From NCBI GenBank assembly GCA_038063875.1, contig JBBTUH010000028.1, forward strand, positions 17,046 to 81,045: a stretch of 64,000 nt of DNA, in the 5' to 3' direction. The DNA comes from Patescibacteria group bacterium. Its GTDB lineage: Bacteria; Patescibacteriota; Microgenomatia; UBA10105; UBA927. Each line of letters opens with the position of its first letter. Position 1 is the stretch's first letter. The position numbers and the translations under genes are program-made. Under the pieces are notes generated by a model. That model was not told where the DNA came from. It searched no databases and saw nothing but the letters and a program-made list of their open reading frames with translations. This document shows positions 9,968 through 20,100 of this stretch, one piece after another.

Positions 9968-10759
9968 ATGAATATACCTGAAGCAACACCTGTTCATCGT
10001 TCATACGAACATCTGCATTTTAATCTCGACGTCCTCAAAATGAGCAAAGAGGAGAAACTCGATTGGCTGGCAAATCATGCCCTCGCTCTGGAGCACAAAT
10101 ATCTTCGCCAAATTCATGGACTTCCCCAAATCGCGCCAGAAGGAAAAATTCAATTTTTGACGGGCGGCAAACTAAAAGACGTAACGAAAGCGATAGATTT
10201 TGACGGCTTTCCGATACATACGCGCTATATCACTAAACCCAAAGATCCCTCACCTAAATTAGGAGAGATACCAGAAGCACTCGGTGAAATTTCAAACTGG
10301 TTTGAAAAATATGCAGAGAACAATGGCAGGCATATCCCTGCTCCATCCAAAATTGCGCCAATGAACGAAATCGGTGATATAATTTTCTGTTTAGCAAACC
10401 TTACCTCGCTTGATAAATCGGCACCCCTTGCATACACCCAATACATGGAAGAAATAGCCAGCTCACTTGGTGTCCCACTAGACAAACTCCTCACCATTAC
10501 GGTACTCAAGTATAATTATCGATTAGGTCAAGGCAAAAGCCAAAAAAATCATCAAATAGAAGACCAAATTCTCGCATCGTTTCTAGAATCTGCCAAAAAT
10601 CCAGATGGATCACCATACATAAGAGAACCAACAAATGAACAGTTGCATTCGACGTTCCATACATTATCAGGAATTGATAATTTGCTCGTCAATCGAGTAC
10701 ACGACTTAAAACAACTCCGTGACTTAGGTATTGCACCGTATACTAATAAATCTTCATAA
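9968..10759 (+). CDS. Hypothetical protein with a MazG-like all-alpha NTP pyrophosphohydrolase segment
   Basis: EALGEISNW...NEIGDIIFCLANL...SLGVPLDKLLTITVLKYNYR resembles the MazG EExGD helix and the following K...R helix. Confidence 0.5.
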   Translation: MNIPEATPVHRSYEHLHFNLDVLKMSKEEKLDWLANHALALEHKYLRQIHGLPQIAPEGKIQFLTGGKLKDVTKAIDFDGFPIHTRYITKPKDPSPKLGEIPEALGEISNWFEKYAENNGRHIPAPSKIAPMNEIGDIIFCLANLTSLDKSAPLAYTQYMEEIASSLGVPLDKLLTITVLKYNYRLGQGKSQKNHQIEDQILASFLESAKNPDGSPYIREPTNEQLHSTFHTLSGIDNLLVNRVHDLKQLRDLGIAPYTNKSS

Positions 10760-10801
10760 ACTCTTCTGGTCGCCACGCTTTGTATTTCGTATGATAGTCT
10801 C

Positions 10802-12544
10802 ATGAGACTTCCTCTTTTGTTTGCCTTAGCCATTGTTATTCGTCTCCTCCTCATCCCCAATCCGGGGTTTGAAGCAGATATATCATTTTGGAAATCGTGG
10901 GGGCTTGCCACCTACGACAAAGGAATTGTGGAAGGCATGAAGGTGACCAATAACAACTATCCCACCCCTTTTGCCTATACCCTAGGCGGCATGGTGTGGG
11001 TGTATAGCATGTTTCAAGACCCACACATCTTTAATGATTTCTGGAACAACACGAACCTTCTGTTTCTCACGATAAGTAAACTCTTCCCAATCTTGGCTGA
11101 TGTTGGCATTGCCGCCATCATTCTCTATATCGGAAAAAATACCAAAAAACTAGGATTTCCCACTTTGCCTCCTATTGGATATTGGATATTGAGTATTGGA
11201 TATTTGCTAAGTCCCATCTCAATAATAGATGGTTCGGTGTGGGGACAAATAGACAGCGTGGGCGTGTTTATTTTTCTTATTTCTTTACTTTTTATTCTCA
11301 AAAAACAGCCCTTCGTAGGGGGACTTATTTTTATGCTTGCCATGATGACAAAATTACAAAATATGATTTATGGTCCGCTCTTTTTCCTCTTTGCATGGCA
11401 ATATGGTGGCTTCACGTTCGTAATCCAAGCCATTGCAGGAGCACTGGCGGGTTTTCTCGGACTCAATGCCCAATTTTTCCTCACCAAAAATGCTGATCGA
11501 GTACTCGCCTCCCTTACAGAAAATTATGATTATTTCCCGTGGATGAGCCTGAACGCCTATAACCTCTGGTGGATTGTAAGTGGAGCCAAAGGCATGGCGA
11601 CTTCAGATAAATTAAGCGTCATCGGTATGGTGAATGCGAAAACTGTCGGGCTCCTATTATTTTCAGGATTTTATTTGTTCGCGATGCTAAGACAATTTGT
11701 TAAAAACAATCTACAAACATGTATTGAAGGGCTAATTATCATAAACGCTAGCTTCTTTCTTTTTCAAACCCAATCTCACGATAGATATGCATTTCCCCTC
11801 TCGGTCTTTATTCTTCTATTAGCTCCATTTGTAAAAAACAAAAAACTTTTTATACTCTTGTATTCTCTATTTACCGTGTTTTATTTTTATAATCTTCACA
11901 CCGCACTGGTAATAAACTATCCAAATAACGGCATACCCCTTCTCTCTCTTCTCACACAGCCATTTTTTACTATGACAACGTCATATATTTTACTCGGACT
12001 ATTTAGTGTATTTCTTTTTTCTCTCACAAAATTATTTGTATTAGTTCCTATCGTTGTAGTAATTATCCTATCAATTCTCAACCTGCCATTACGTACAAAA
12101 AATCCTATATCTTTAAACAAGATAACACCCTTTGTAAGCGAGCAGCAATATGGCACACGACAGATTGATAAAACGGTCCAAGGCTCGTTTGGTGGACCAA
12201 ATACATGGACACGACTCTCCGTCCAATATGCATTTTATAGACAAGGAATCGGCACACACGCCAACTCCAAATATACCTATAATCTCAATAAAAACTTTTC
12301 TCGCTTTGAAACGGATTTTGGCATAGATACAGAATCGGGAACCAAAGCGTCAGCCATTTTTGAAATATATGGCGATGACACATTATTATTTCGATCAGAA
12401 AAAATGGGTCGATTTGATCTCCCAAAGCATGTCAGTGTCACTGTGGTCGATGTCAAAAATCTTACGCTCATCACGACAGACGCAGGGGACGGCAATACGG
12501 ACGATCATACAGACTGGTTACATCCTAAACTATGGCCAAAATAA
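10802..12544 (+). CDS. GT-C glycosyltransferase (GT87/PMT-like) with C-terminal NPCBM/NEW2 carbohydrate-binding domain
   Basis: EADISFW, NYPTP, WGQIDS, HDRY plus many TMs; C-terminus GIGTHANS...FGIDTE...TDAGDGNTDDHTDW. Confidence 0.8.
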   Translation: MRLPLLFALAIVIRLLLIPNPGFEADISFWKSWGLATYDKGIVEGMKVTNNNYPTPFAYTLGGMVWVYSMFQDPHIFNDFWNNTNLLFLTISKLFPILADVGIAAIILYIGKNTKKLGFPTLPPIGYWILSIGYLLSPISIIDGSVWGQIDSVGVFIFLISLLFILKKQPFVGGLIFMLAMMTKLQNMIYGPLFFLFAWQYGGFTFVIQAIAGALAGFLGLNAQFFLTKNADRVLASLTENYDYFPWMSLNAYNLWWIVSGAKGMATSDKLSVIGMVNAKTVGLLLFSGFYLFAMLRQFVKNNLQTCIEGLIIINASFFLFQTQSHDRYAFPLSVFILLLAPFVKNKKLFILLYSLFTVFYFYNLHTALVINYPNNGIPLLSLLTQPFFTMTTSYILLGLFSVFLFSLTKLFVLVPIVVVIILSILNLPLRTKNPISLNKITPFVSEQQYGTRQIDKTVQGSFGGPNTWTRLSVQYAFYRQGIGTHANSKYTYNLNKNFSRFETDFGIDTESGTKASAIFEIYGDDTLLFRSEKMGRFDLPKHVSVTVVDVKNLTLITTDAGDGNTDDHTDWLHPKLWPK

Positions 12545-14667
12545 TCGGCATTACTTTTCTCCTTTTTGCTATTGGGTTTAATCTGTGGACGTACCGCATG
12601 GAACCTACGGCAAAAACAGATCCAAACGACAATACGTTTCAATACGCGCTCGTTGATAGAACAAACCAAATATGGGACTTCGCACTCAGCACTCGGAACT
12701 TTCTACTTCTTTTTGACCACTGGGTACCCAATTGGGCGCAAGGATACAACCTCCCCTACTACTACTCTCACATCCCACAAATAATAATTGTTGCCTCTTG
12801 GCGCATTTTTTACTTTGGATCGCTTTTTCAATATTATCACTATGTGATCTATCTCTTGCTTTGTCTTTTTCCTTTATCTCTTTTTGTCGCACTTCGTATC
12901 ATCGGACTTTCTTGGATTTCCGCAGGACTTGGCGCACTTATTGCTTCGCATCTTTCCACCGACGGATTATATGGACTAGATCCTGCATCATTTCTCTGGC
13001 GAGGATATGGTCTCTCAAGTCAGCTCTTTGCCATGATCTGGCTACCTCTTGTATTAGCATATGCATTTCGTGGGAAAATAAAGCCAACGATTCTTACGCT
13101 TGCGCTCACAACTGCCGGCCATCTTGGAATTGGTATCATTGCATTTTTTAGTGTTGCCATTGTTGGCTTCAAACACATAAAAAAACTTCCAATAATTTAC
13201 GGTGGCGTTCTACTTCTTCTTGGGTATTGGATTATTCCAATTCTTAAAGATAGTGCGTACCACAATATCTCTGTCTGGGATCCTATTTGGAAATTTGACT
13301 CGTACGGCTATCGTGAGGTGTTGAAAAATCTCTTCAACGGCGATCTGTTTGATTTTGGTCGCCTCCCCGTTCTTACGTTACTCGTATTCATCGGCATATT
13401 TGTTTCATTGTTGAGTATTGAGCATTGGTCATTGGGTATTCTTTTTCTCTTCTGGCTTTTATTTTACTTTGGTCGTACCACATGGGGCGGACTCATTAAC
13501 CTTATCCCAAGTATGGAAGAATTCCATCTCTCGCGCTTCATCGTCGGTGTTCACATCGCAGGATTATTTTTAATACCAATAGGTTTTGAGTGGATCATAA
13601 AAAAATTCCGTCCAGCAACACTATTAATCGTATGTATTGGATTATTGGTTTATCCTCAAACTCTCCGTTATAGCGCTCACAATGACTTCCTCATCAAACG
13701 GGCGAATACAAACGCATCCAAGGTCGAATCCGATACTGCAGCGTTACTCGAGACTCTACGCTCTACACTTTCTACTAACCCTGGTCGTGTCTACTTTGGC
13801 CGCGGTGGTGGATGGGGCAAAGACTTTCGTGTGGCAGAAACACCGATGTATCTTTACATGTCTACCTTTGGCATACCGACACTGACATGGCTTCCAGAGA
13901 CATGGTCACCCAATTCAGACACAGAGCAGTATTTTTCTGAAAATATGATCAATCACTATACACTCTACAACGTGCGCTATGTCGTGACCCCTATCGATCT
14001 TCCGCAAGACAAAATCCAACCCTTTTGGAAGCTTCTCACCGCCTCAAAGACATGGAGAATCTATACAGTCGACACTGAGGGATATATTACAGCAGGATTT
14101 CGCCCAACGATTGTCAGTACGGACAAACAATCATTTCGAAATGTCGTACGACTTTGGATTCAGTCAGACAACACACATGCCAAAAATCTCTATCCTCAAC
14201 TGACATTTGACACAAACTATCCCAAGAATTCTGGATTACCCAACTTTCGCATGATAGACGAGGTGACGTACAAAGTGCCAGATGGATCCACCCATAACCT
14301 TTTTGCAGAAGCCCCCATATATCAATCACCAATCACCAATACCCAAATCCCAACAATTCTTTCTCAATCCAATGATAACGACATGATTTTTAAAGCCACG
14401 ATTGATGTTCCAGAGAACTGTACTGAATGTATCGTCATTTTGCACCAGACGTATCACCCATCGTGGAAGGCAACCATCGATGGAAAACTCGTCGAAACGC
14501 TTATCGTTTTCCCTTTCTACACCGCAGTAAAAGTGGATTCAGGAAAACATGAATTGGTATTCTCATATCGCCCCTCGGGGATAAAAATAGTACTACTTAT
14601 GATTTCTCTGATAACTTTAGGTTCTCTCCTGTACCTTTGCAGACGGGCACTCTTTTCACATACTTGA
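12532..14667 (+). CDS. YfhO-like / PTPS-related multi-pass membrane protein (probable GT-C)
   Basis: WVPNWAQGYNLPYYY, many TMs, C-terminal TYHPSWKATIDGK...GKHELVFSY. Confidence 0.72.
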   Translation: MAKIIGITFLLFAIGFNLWTYRMEPTAKTDPNDNTFQYALVDRTNQIWDFALSTRNFLLLFDHWVPNWAQGYNLPYYYSHIPQIIIVASWRIFYFGSLFQYYHYVIYLLLCLFPLSLFVALRIIGLSWISAGLGALIASHLSTDGLYGLDPASFLWRGYGLSSQLFAMIWLPLVLAYAFRGKIKPTILTLALTTAGHLGIGIIAFFSVAIVGFKHIKKLPIIYGGVLLLLGYWIIPILKDSAYHNISVWDPIWKFDSYGYREVLKNLFNGDLFDFGRLPVLTLLVFIGIFVSLLSIEHWSLGILFLFWLLFYFGRTTWGGLINLIPSMEEFHLSRFIVGVHIAGLFLIPIGFEWIIKKFRPATLLIVCIGLLVYPQTLRYSAHNDFLIKRANTNASKVESDTAALLETLRSTLSTNPGRVYFGRGGGWGKDFRVAETPMYLYMSTFGIPTLTWLPETWSPNSDTEQYFSENMINHYTLYNVRYVVTPIDLPQDKIQPFWKLLTASKTWRIYTVDTEGYITAGFRPTIVSTDKQSFRNVVRLWIQSDNTHAKNLYPQLTFDTNYPKNSGLPNFRMIDEVTYKVPDGSTHNLFAEAPIYQSPITNTQIPTILSQSNDNDMIFKATIDVPENCTECIVILHQTYHPSWKATIDGKLVETLIVFPFYTAVKVDSGKHELVFSYRPSGIKIVLLMISLITLGSLLYLCRRALFSHT

Positions 14668-14693
14668 CAAAATAAGTATATATTTTGTATACT
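14664..14693 (+). promoter_or_regulatory. Putative sigma70 promoter (leaderless)
   Basis: TTGACA (14664-14669)-N18-TATACT (14688-14693), ATG at 14700. Confidence 0.6.
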
Positions 14694-14699
14694 ATGATT

Positions 14700-15869
14700 A
14701 TGAAATATATCCATCGTAGCTTGGAATCACAGGTGATCTCCATACTCTCATCTGGAAAAGTTCTCGTGCTTGTTGGTGCTCGACAAGTGGGGAAAACGAC
14801 GCTTATTCAAAATATAGTGAAAGACACGCGTCACACATTTCTCAATATGGATCGCACCATAGATGCAAATCGCCTCCATACTGCAAGCCTCCTGTCGCCT
14901 GAAGAAGCGATGCGAACACTTGGAAATCCTAACACTCTGGTCATAGACGAAGCGCAACGCATCCCCCAAGTAGGACGGATCGTCAAAGGCTGGTTTGATA
15001 GCAATATACAGTGCAAAATCATCCTTCTTGGCTCATCTTCACTGCAACTTCTTGATCATACGGCGGAACCGCTCACCGGCAGAAATCTCAAATGTATACT
15101 TCCCCCACTCTCTATAAAAGAAGCGCTGACGACGCAATCATGGTTTGATACACACATTCCCACCTCGATTACTACAAAAACCTATCACGCCCAGTTGCAC
15201 GATTTTCTTCTCCAACGCATGACCTACGGCAGCTATCCTGAATCGGTACAACACACCTCACCCACTGCATATCTTCACAACCTCGTAGAGGACTATCTTT
15301 TCAAAGATATTTATAGCCTCGGACTCACGCGTTCGCCGCAAACCCTCCAAAAACTTGTACAATTACTCGCATTACAAATTGGCTCGGAAGTCTCTATCAA
15401 CGAACTTTCTTCATCGCTTGGAATTTCTCGCACCACTGTGGAACGATATTTGGACCTACTGGAACAAACATTTGTTATTTTTCGTATCCGACCATACTTT
15501 ACCAATGCTCGAAAAGAACTCATAAAAAATTATAAAATCTATTTTTGGGATACCGGTGTACGAAACGCCATCATAGGCCAACTCGAACCAAGAGAAGATA
15601 GGGTTGATATAGGCCCTCTATGGGAAAATTGGGTGTTTTCAGAATGGAAGAAAAAGCTAAGTAACGCACAGCGACCCACCTCTCTTCATTTTTGGCGCAC
15701 AAGGCAGGGTTCTGAGGTAGATATGGTAATCAAACAAGAATCAAAACTTACCGCATTTGAATGCAAATGGTCGACGAAAAAAGATACGCGTAAAAGTCTC
15801 TTTTCCTCTGACTATGGTGTCCCCGTCACTCCTATGAATCCTGAAACGATTTGGGCGCATCTTTTGTGA
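14700..15869 (+). CDS. AAA_14 ATPase with DUF4143 / restriction-endonuclease-like C-terminal domain
   Basis: GARQVGKTT, VIDEAQR, LGSSS, EPLTGR, YGSYPE, KIYFWDTG, WENWV, FWRT...EVD...FECK. Confidence 0.9.
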   Translation: MKYIHRSLESQVISILSSGKVLVLVGARQVGKTTLIQNIVKDTRHTFLNMDRTIDANRLHTASLLSPEEAMRTLGNPNTLVIDEAQRIPQVGRIVKGWFDSNIQCKIILLGSSSLQLLDHTAEPLTGRNLKCILPPLSIKEALTTQSWFDTHIPTSITTKTYHAQLHDFLLQRMTYGSYPESVQHTSPTAYLHNLVEDYLFKDIYSLGLTRSPQTLQKLVQLLALQIGSEVSINELSSSLGISRTTVERYLDLLEQTFVIFRIRPYFTNARKELIKNYKIYFWDTGVRNAIIGQLEPREDRVDIGPLWENWVFSEWKKKLSNAQRPTSLHFWRTRQGSEVDMVIKQESKLTAFECKWSTKKDTRKSLFSSDYGVPVTPMNPETIWAHLL

Positions 15870-15927
15870 TGTATACTAATTCCCCGAACACCCACCTTCG
15901 GGCAAATATGAAATAATCCCTTTATTC

Positions 15928-15956
15928 TTGTATTAATTTCAAGCAGTACTTATACT
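15928..15956 (+). promoter_or_regulatory. Putative sigma70 promoter (leaderless)
   Basis: TTGTAT (15928-15933)-N17-TATACT (15951-15956), ATG at 15963. Confidence 0.55.
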
Positions 15957-15962
15957 ACAATC

Positions 15963-16283
15963 ATGAACCACTCTATTCCCAAAGACGTCCAAATGATTGT
16001 TGATCAAATCATAACTAACTATAAACCACAAAAAATAGTTCTTTTTGGCTCACACGCTGAGGGACATGCGACGAAAGATAGCGACTATGATCTTTTCATG
16101 ATCAAAAACACTTCTGGAACTATATCCAAACGTCAATACGACGTATGGAAATCTATCGATAACTGGAGCATACCCTTTGATTTTATTGTCTATACCCCAG
16201 AAGAAGTCAAACAAGCAACTATTGATAAAAGTTGGTTTCTCAATCAAATAGAAACGAAAGGAAAAGTATTGTATGCCAATTAA
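15963..16283 (+). CDS. Minimal nucleotidyltransferase (MNT, MntA-like antitoxin)
   Basis: LFGSHAEG...DSDYDL (GS-x10-DxD), PFDFIVYTPEE, GKVLY C-terminus. Confidence 0.88.
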   Translation: MNHSIPKDVQMIVDQIITNYKPQKIVLFGSHAEGHATKDSDYDLFMIKNTSGTISKRQYDVWKSIDNWSIPFDFIVYTPEEVKQATIDKSWFLNQIETKGKVLYAN

Positions 16284-16329
16284 CGCCCAGCGTTGGCTCG
16301 ACAAAGCCACCACCTGCTGGCAGACTTAG
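16273..16329 (+). pseudogene. Probable truncated HEPN toxin remnant (MPINAQRWLDKATTCWQT*)
   Basis: ATG overlaps the MNT 3' end as in MNT-HEPN operons; WLDKA resembles the N-terminal W-L-x-K-A helix of HEPN partners; stop after 18 codons. Confidence 0.45.
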
Positions 16330-16350
16330 GACGAGGACTGCGCCTTGAAT

Positions 16351-16746
16351 CTATGTTTTGCGTATCGCGTGAGGATAAAACGTATCAAAGGAAAGGATGC
16401 CATCAAGACCATATTTCTCTATCACCGCAAGATTGGCACAATCGACAAAGGAACATCCTTTTTTAGTTTGTTTGAGAAAAAGCTCCCATGCTGCGTTTTC
16501 TAGCGCTTCTTCAAGATGAATTTTTATCAGATCTAAATTCGGATATTCATTATAAAATCGTCTTACATCATCCATATCAACCTTATGGCTTAGTACTGTT
16601 CCAACCTCTTGAAGCACATGACCTAAACAATAGAGTGTACCGTTGTCATTTTTTACTTTTTGATATATCGTGTTGGATCGCTTGTGATGAGGATCATGAG
16701 GCACAAATAGTCCAAATAAAAAGTCTGAATCTACGAGTAATTTCAT
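16351..16746 (-). CDS. vapC: VapC-type PIN-domain toxin
   Basis: LVDSDFL, D.HH, LQEVGTVL, SFVDCAN, SFDTF. Confidence 0.88.
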   Translation of the reverse strand: MKLLVDSDFLFGLFVPHDPHHKRSNTIYQKVKNDNGTLYCLGHVLQEVGTVLSHKVDMDDVRRFYNEYPNLDLIKIHLEEALENAAWELFLKQTKKGCSFVDCANLAVIEKYGLDGILSFDTFYPHAIRKT

Positions 16747-16991
16747 ATTGCATACTTTTCGTAATATTCATGAAATACATCCACAGCATTTGTCTTAACT
16801 TTCGCTTTGCAGGCCCCAATAAATCCTTTTCCCCACACTTTCTTTCTCTTTGTTAGTACAGTAATATCTTTTTTCAACACCTCCCTAGCTCCCTCACGAA
16901 GAAGCTCGGAAATATTCTTTTTGCTTGTGGCTGCCAAGAGTGTCAAGTCTCTATGGAGATCATCTGGTATATATACTTGCGTTCGTATCAT
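16743..16991 (-). CDS. CopG/RHH antitoxin (VapB-like)
   Basis: MIRTQVYI...ISELLREG; 4-nt overlap with the PIN gene. Confidence 0.85.
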   Translation of the reverse strand: MIRTQVYIPDDLHRDLTLLAATSKKNISELLREGAREVLKKDITVLTKRKKVWGKGFIGACKAKVKTNAVDVFHEYYEKYAI

Positions 16992-16999
16992 ATAGGCCC

Positions 17000-17034
17000 A
17001 TTGTATGTTGTATGTTGTATGTTGTCAACATACA
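17000..17034 (-). promoter_or_regulatory. Near-consensus sigma70 promoter with operator repeats for the second vapBC
   Basis: TTGACA (17028-17023)-N17-TACAAT (17005-17000); three tandem TTGTATG heptamers (17001-17021); perfect 9-bp inverted repeat tgtatgttg-t-caacataca (17016-17034). Confidence 0.75.
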
Positions 17035-17125
17035 CATATCCGTCCCCCACTGTAAATATCTATTCGACCACACTTGGGGCACGGACACCGAGTGGCTTGT
17101 CATTTTTCATCACGTATAAGCTGCT

Positions 17126-20100
17126 TCATATGTAATGATTCTGTAATCCTGTCAATACATTATTTTTAAATCGGCTCTTCCCTTTGTTCATGTCACGTAT
17201 CACAGCATGTGTTTTGGTGACCGAACTCTCGATAGTGACTAGTTGCTGCGACCATCTATATACTTCAGGTTGTGGCAGTTTTATTTCGTCATTTTCTTCT
17301 AGATTATTACGATTTTTTTGAAATATATTTCTTACTGCGTTAAATAACTCTATCCCCGCTTCTTTCACTTGCGTCACTGCGGGTGAATTGCCTGTCATTT
17401 TTCCTCCGACTACTCCTAGTAGAAACTTCCCGACACGATAGACAAGGTATCCAATCCGGATAGGTGTCTGAATCACGAAAGATATCGCATTTGATACCGC
17501 TGATTGTGTAATAGCGGCAGGTGCCATAACCAATGGGTTTATCTGCGCGCCAAATGCATTGCCCACCATTTGCGCCAAACTATTGATGATAAGAAACGCG
17601 ACGGTTTTACTGGTTGCCGCACGAAGCATTAAATGTCCGACTGGTGTCAATGGCGATGTCACGGCATCGGTAAGTGGCGCAACAGAAAGATTGAAAGGCA
17701 ACGCAAACGCTTCCTCTGTATCTAAAGTATTCCATAATCGTCTCACCGGTACAAAGCGCAATATTTTCTGTTGTGGGGTTGTGGCTTCAAAGACTGGCAC
17801 AGTCTTTTTACCCTGCAACGTCAGAACCGATATGTCACTTACACGATGAATTTCATATCCCTTTGCCTGTAATTGCTCGATCGTTGTTTCTGAAAACAGT
17901 GTCGCGTGGGTAATAGATCTCCACAAAAATGATTGCACTATGTCTACGGGGAGATGGATAAGGTCAGACACAAGAAATACACCAGTTATCACGCGGGCTA
18001 CCACCTGATCATTCTGTTGTAGGTAGGTAATAATTTCTGAAAGAGTAATGGGGTCAACAATACTTGCACCTACAGATTGAAGCATTACGGGTGTTTGCAT
18101 CAAAAAATGAAATATCTCCGGGCCATAAGCATATAAAGATGCTCCAGTAGAAACTATCCCAAGTCCACCCAATAACCAAAATGGCGTTTTCATTTGTGAT
18201 ATATTTTGTAACAAATTTTCATATTTTGCATTTTTCTTTAGATTTGTGACGATGAGTTCTGGTAATTTGTTTTCTTCTGTGATACTAAACCGTCTCGGGC
18301 CCTGTGGCCCTGTAAACAAATTCTGAGGTTTTTTTCCATTGAAAAATGTTTGTATCTGAATCACGAGGCTAGGACGAAGAGTTTCGAGGAGTTGCTGCGC
18401 ATTTACGTTAGGACTATTCGTAAGAAGTGCCTGATACTCTTTCGTTCCCTCAACAGCTGCCACCCAATCATCTATAGTGATTGGTTTCCCATCCAACTCT
18501 TTCTCCAACGCAGGGCGCAAGGACTCAATAAAATCCGCAGTCACAACAGATGTGATATTTTTCACACGAGCTTCCCTTATTTTCTGCGCCTTCACCTCCG
18601 CTTCCTCAAGTGACATGTCAGGATTTAACACAGGTAGCCCAGTATCGGCATACGATAAATACGTAAAGTCATATGATCCTGCCCGAAGCAGTTGCAACGA
18701 CTGTGTTAATTCATCAAATCCGTATGTTTGTAGCATTGCAGAAAAATCGTCATTGTTTTGTTGTTGTCCAATGTCCATTGATACAATTATCCGCTGTACC
18801 ACCTTCATCACAGATTCTGGATTCTGCGATAAAATAGAATCATCCAAAAGCGCTTCAGAATCAATTTCTTTTTGAATATCACGAAGAATTTGCCGTCTAA
18901 AGTGAGACAATCCTCCATTTATTCTCCTTAATTGTGCATCAAAACTATTGACGTAATAATACTTCGCTTCATCAGATAAAAGCTTCACTTCAGACTCTGA
19001 AAGTGATGTACGAATACTATTCGTAGACCATGTTTTTACTTTAGACATATCCCCACGAAATAAACGGCGCTGGAGAGCTACCATAAAATCTTCTGAAGAC
19101 CGTCCATTTCCATCCGGTTTTATATGAAGAAAGTCTGCGATGCTTGACGCCACAAGAGTAAACTCATAAATTTCAGTATCTGAAAATTTTTCGCCATTTG
19201 ATGATTGTTCAAGTACATGGTCAATCTGTGAAAACAACACTTTTGCCAACGGAGAAACGACAGAAAATGGCACAGTAAGTAAAGATGGTCCATTTGAATC
19301 ATCTTCTCCACGAATCATTGTTCCTGCAATATTTTTTACTCTTTCACTTCCAAATAAAAATGACCCATTATCAATTCCATCGGCAGTAAACCAATTTGTT
19401 CTGTCTGCGACAAACCAAATCCAATCAAGGTCTATATTTGGATTTATATACGCAACAACTCGTTCAAGCGGTGTGGCACCCGTCTCGATTGATGCTATCG
19501 TATGAAACATCGTCCTACTGTCCACCGTGTCAAATACCCCATCATCAATAGCATGCCTCACAATATTCGTTCGATCCATAAAGAACGCAAGACCATGACG
19601 CGCAGAATCAGCCTGAAGTAATGTTGAAAAATCCGGATAATCTTCTGTTAAAATATCCGACATTCTCCGCCCAAACATATCATTTGTTATCGATTGAGGT
19701 AAATATCTATCAAGTTTTTTTAAAACAACACTCTGTTCTCCTACCCCCAGACTAGACGATGATGGCACCACATTCAAATTTTTTGGAAATATAAATGGGA
19801 ATACTTTACGCAATTGTTGTCCTGCCCGCACTGTTTTCTGCATCCACAACAAAGCTGAAGGGTAGCGATCAAGATTGAAATTTTTAATCACTCGTCCAAA
19901 TGCGGTACAGCCCGATGTTGCCCCCAAAACGTCTCCATCTTGAGAAAAATCCGCCGCATATACTCGTGATATACTAAAAAGCGGTGTGGGGGTACTCGAG
20001 TAGGAAATCTGTGTTATAGTAGCACTTGGATGATAAGCCAGATTTGACTCTACTCTTGTAGAATCTCCAAAGTCCCCGCGAGGGGATTTTTTGGTGGTAT

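Noticed and set aside
17001-17021. Short tandem repeat as CRISPR or VNTR
   Set aside because: Only three 7-mers with no spacers and no cas genes; better explained as an operator.
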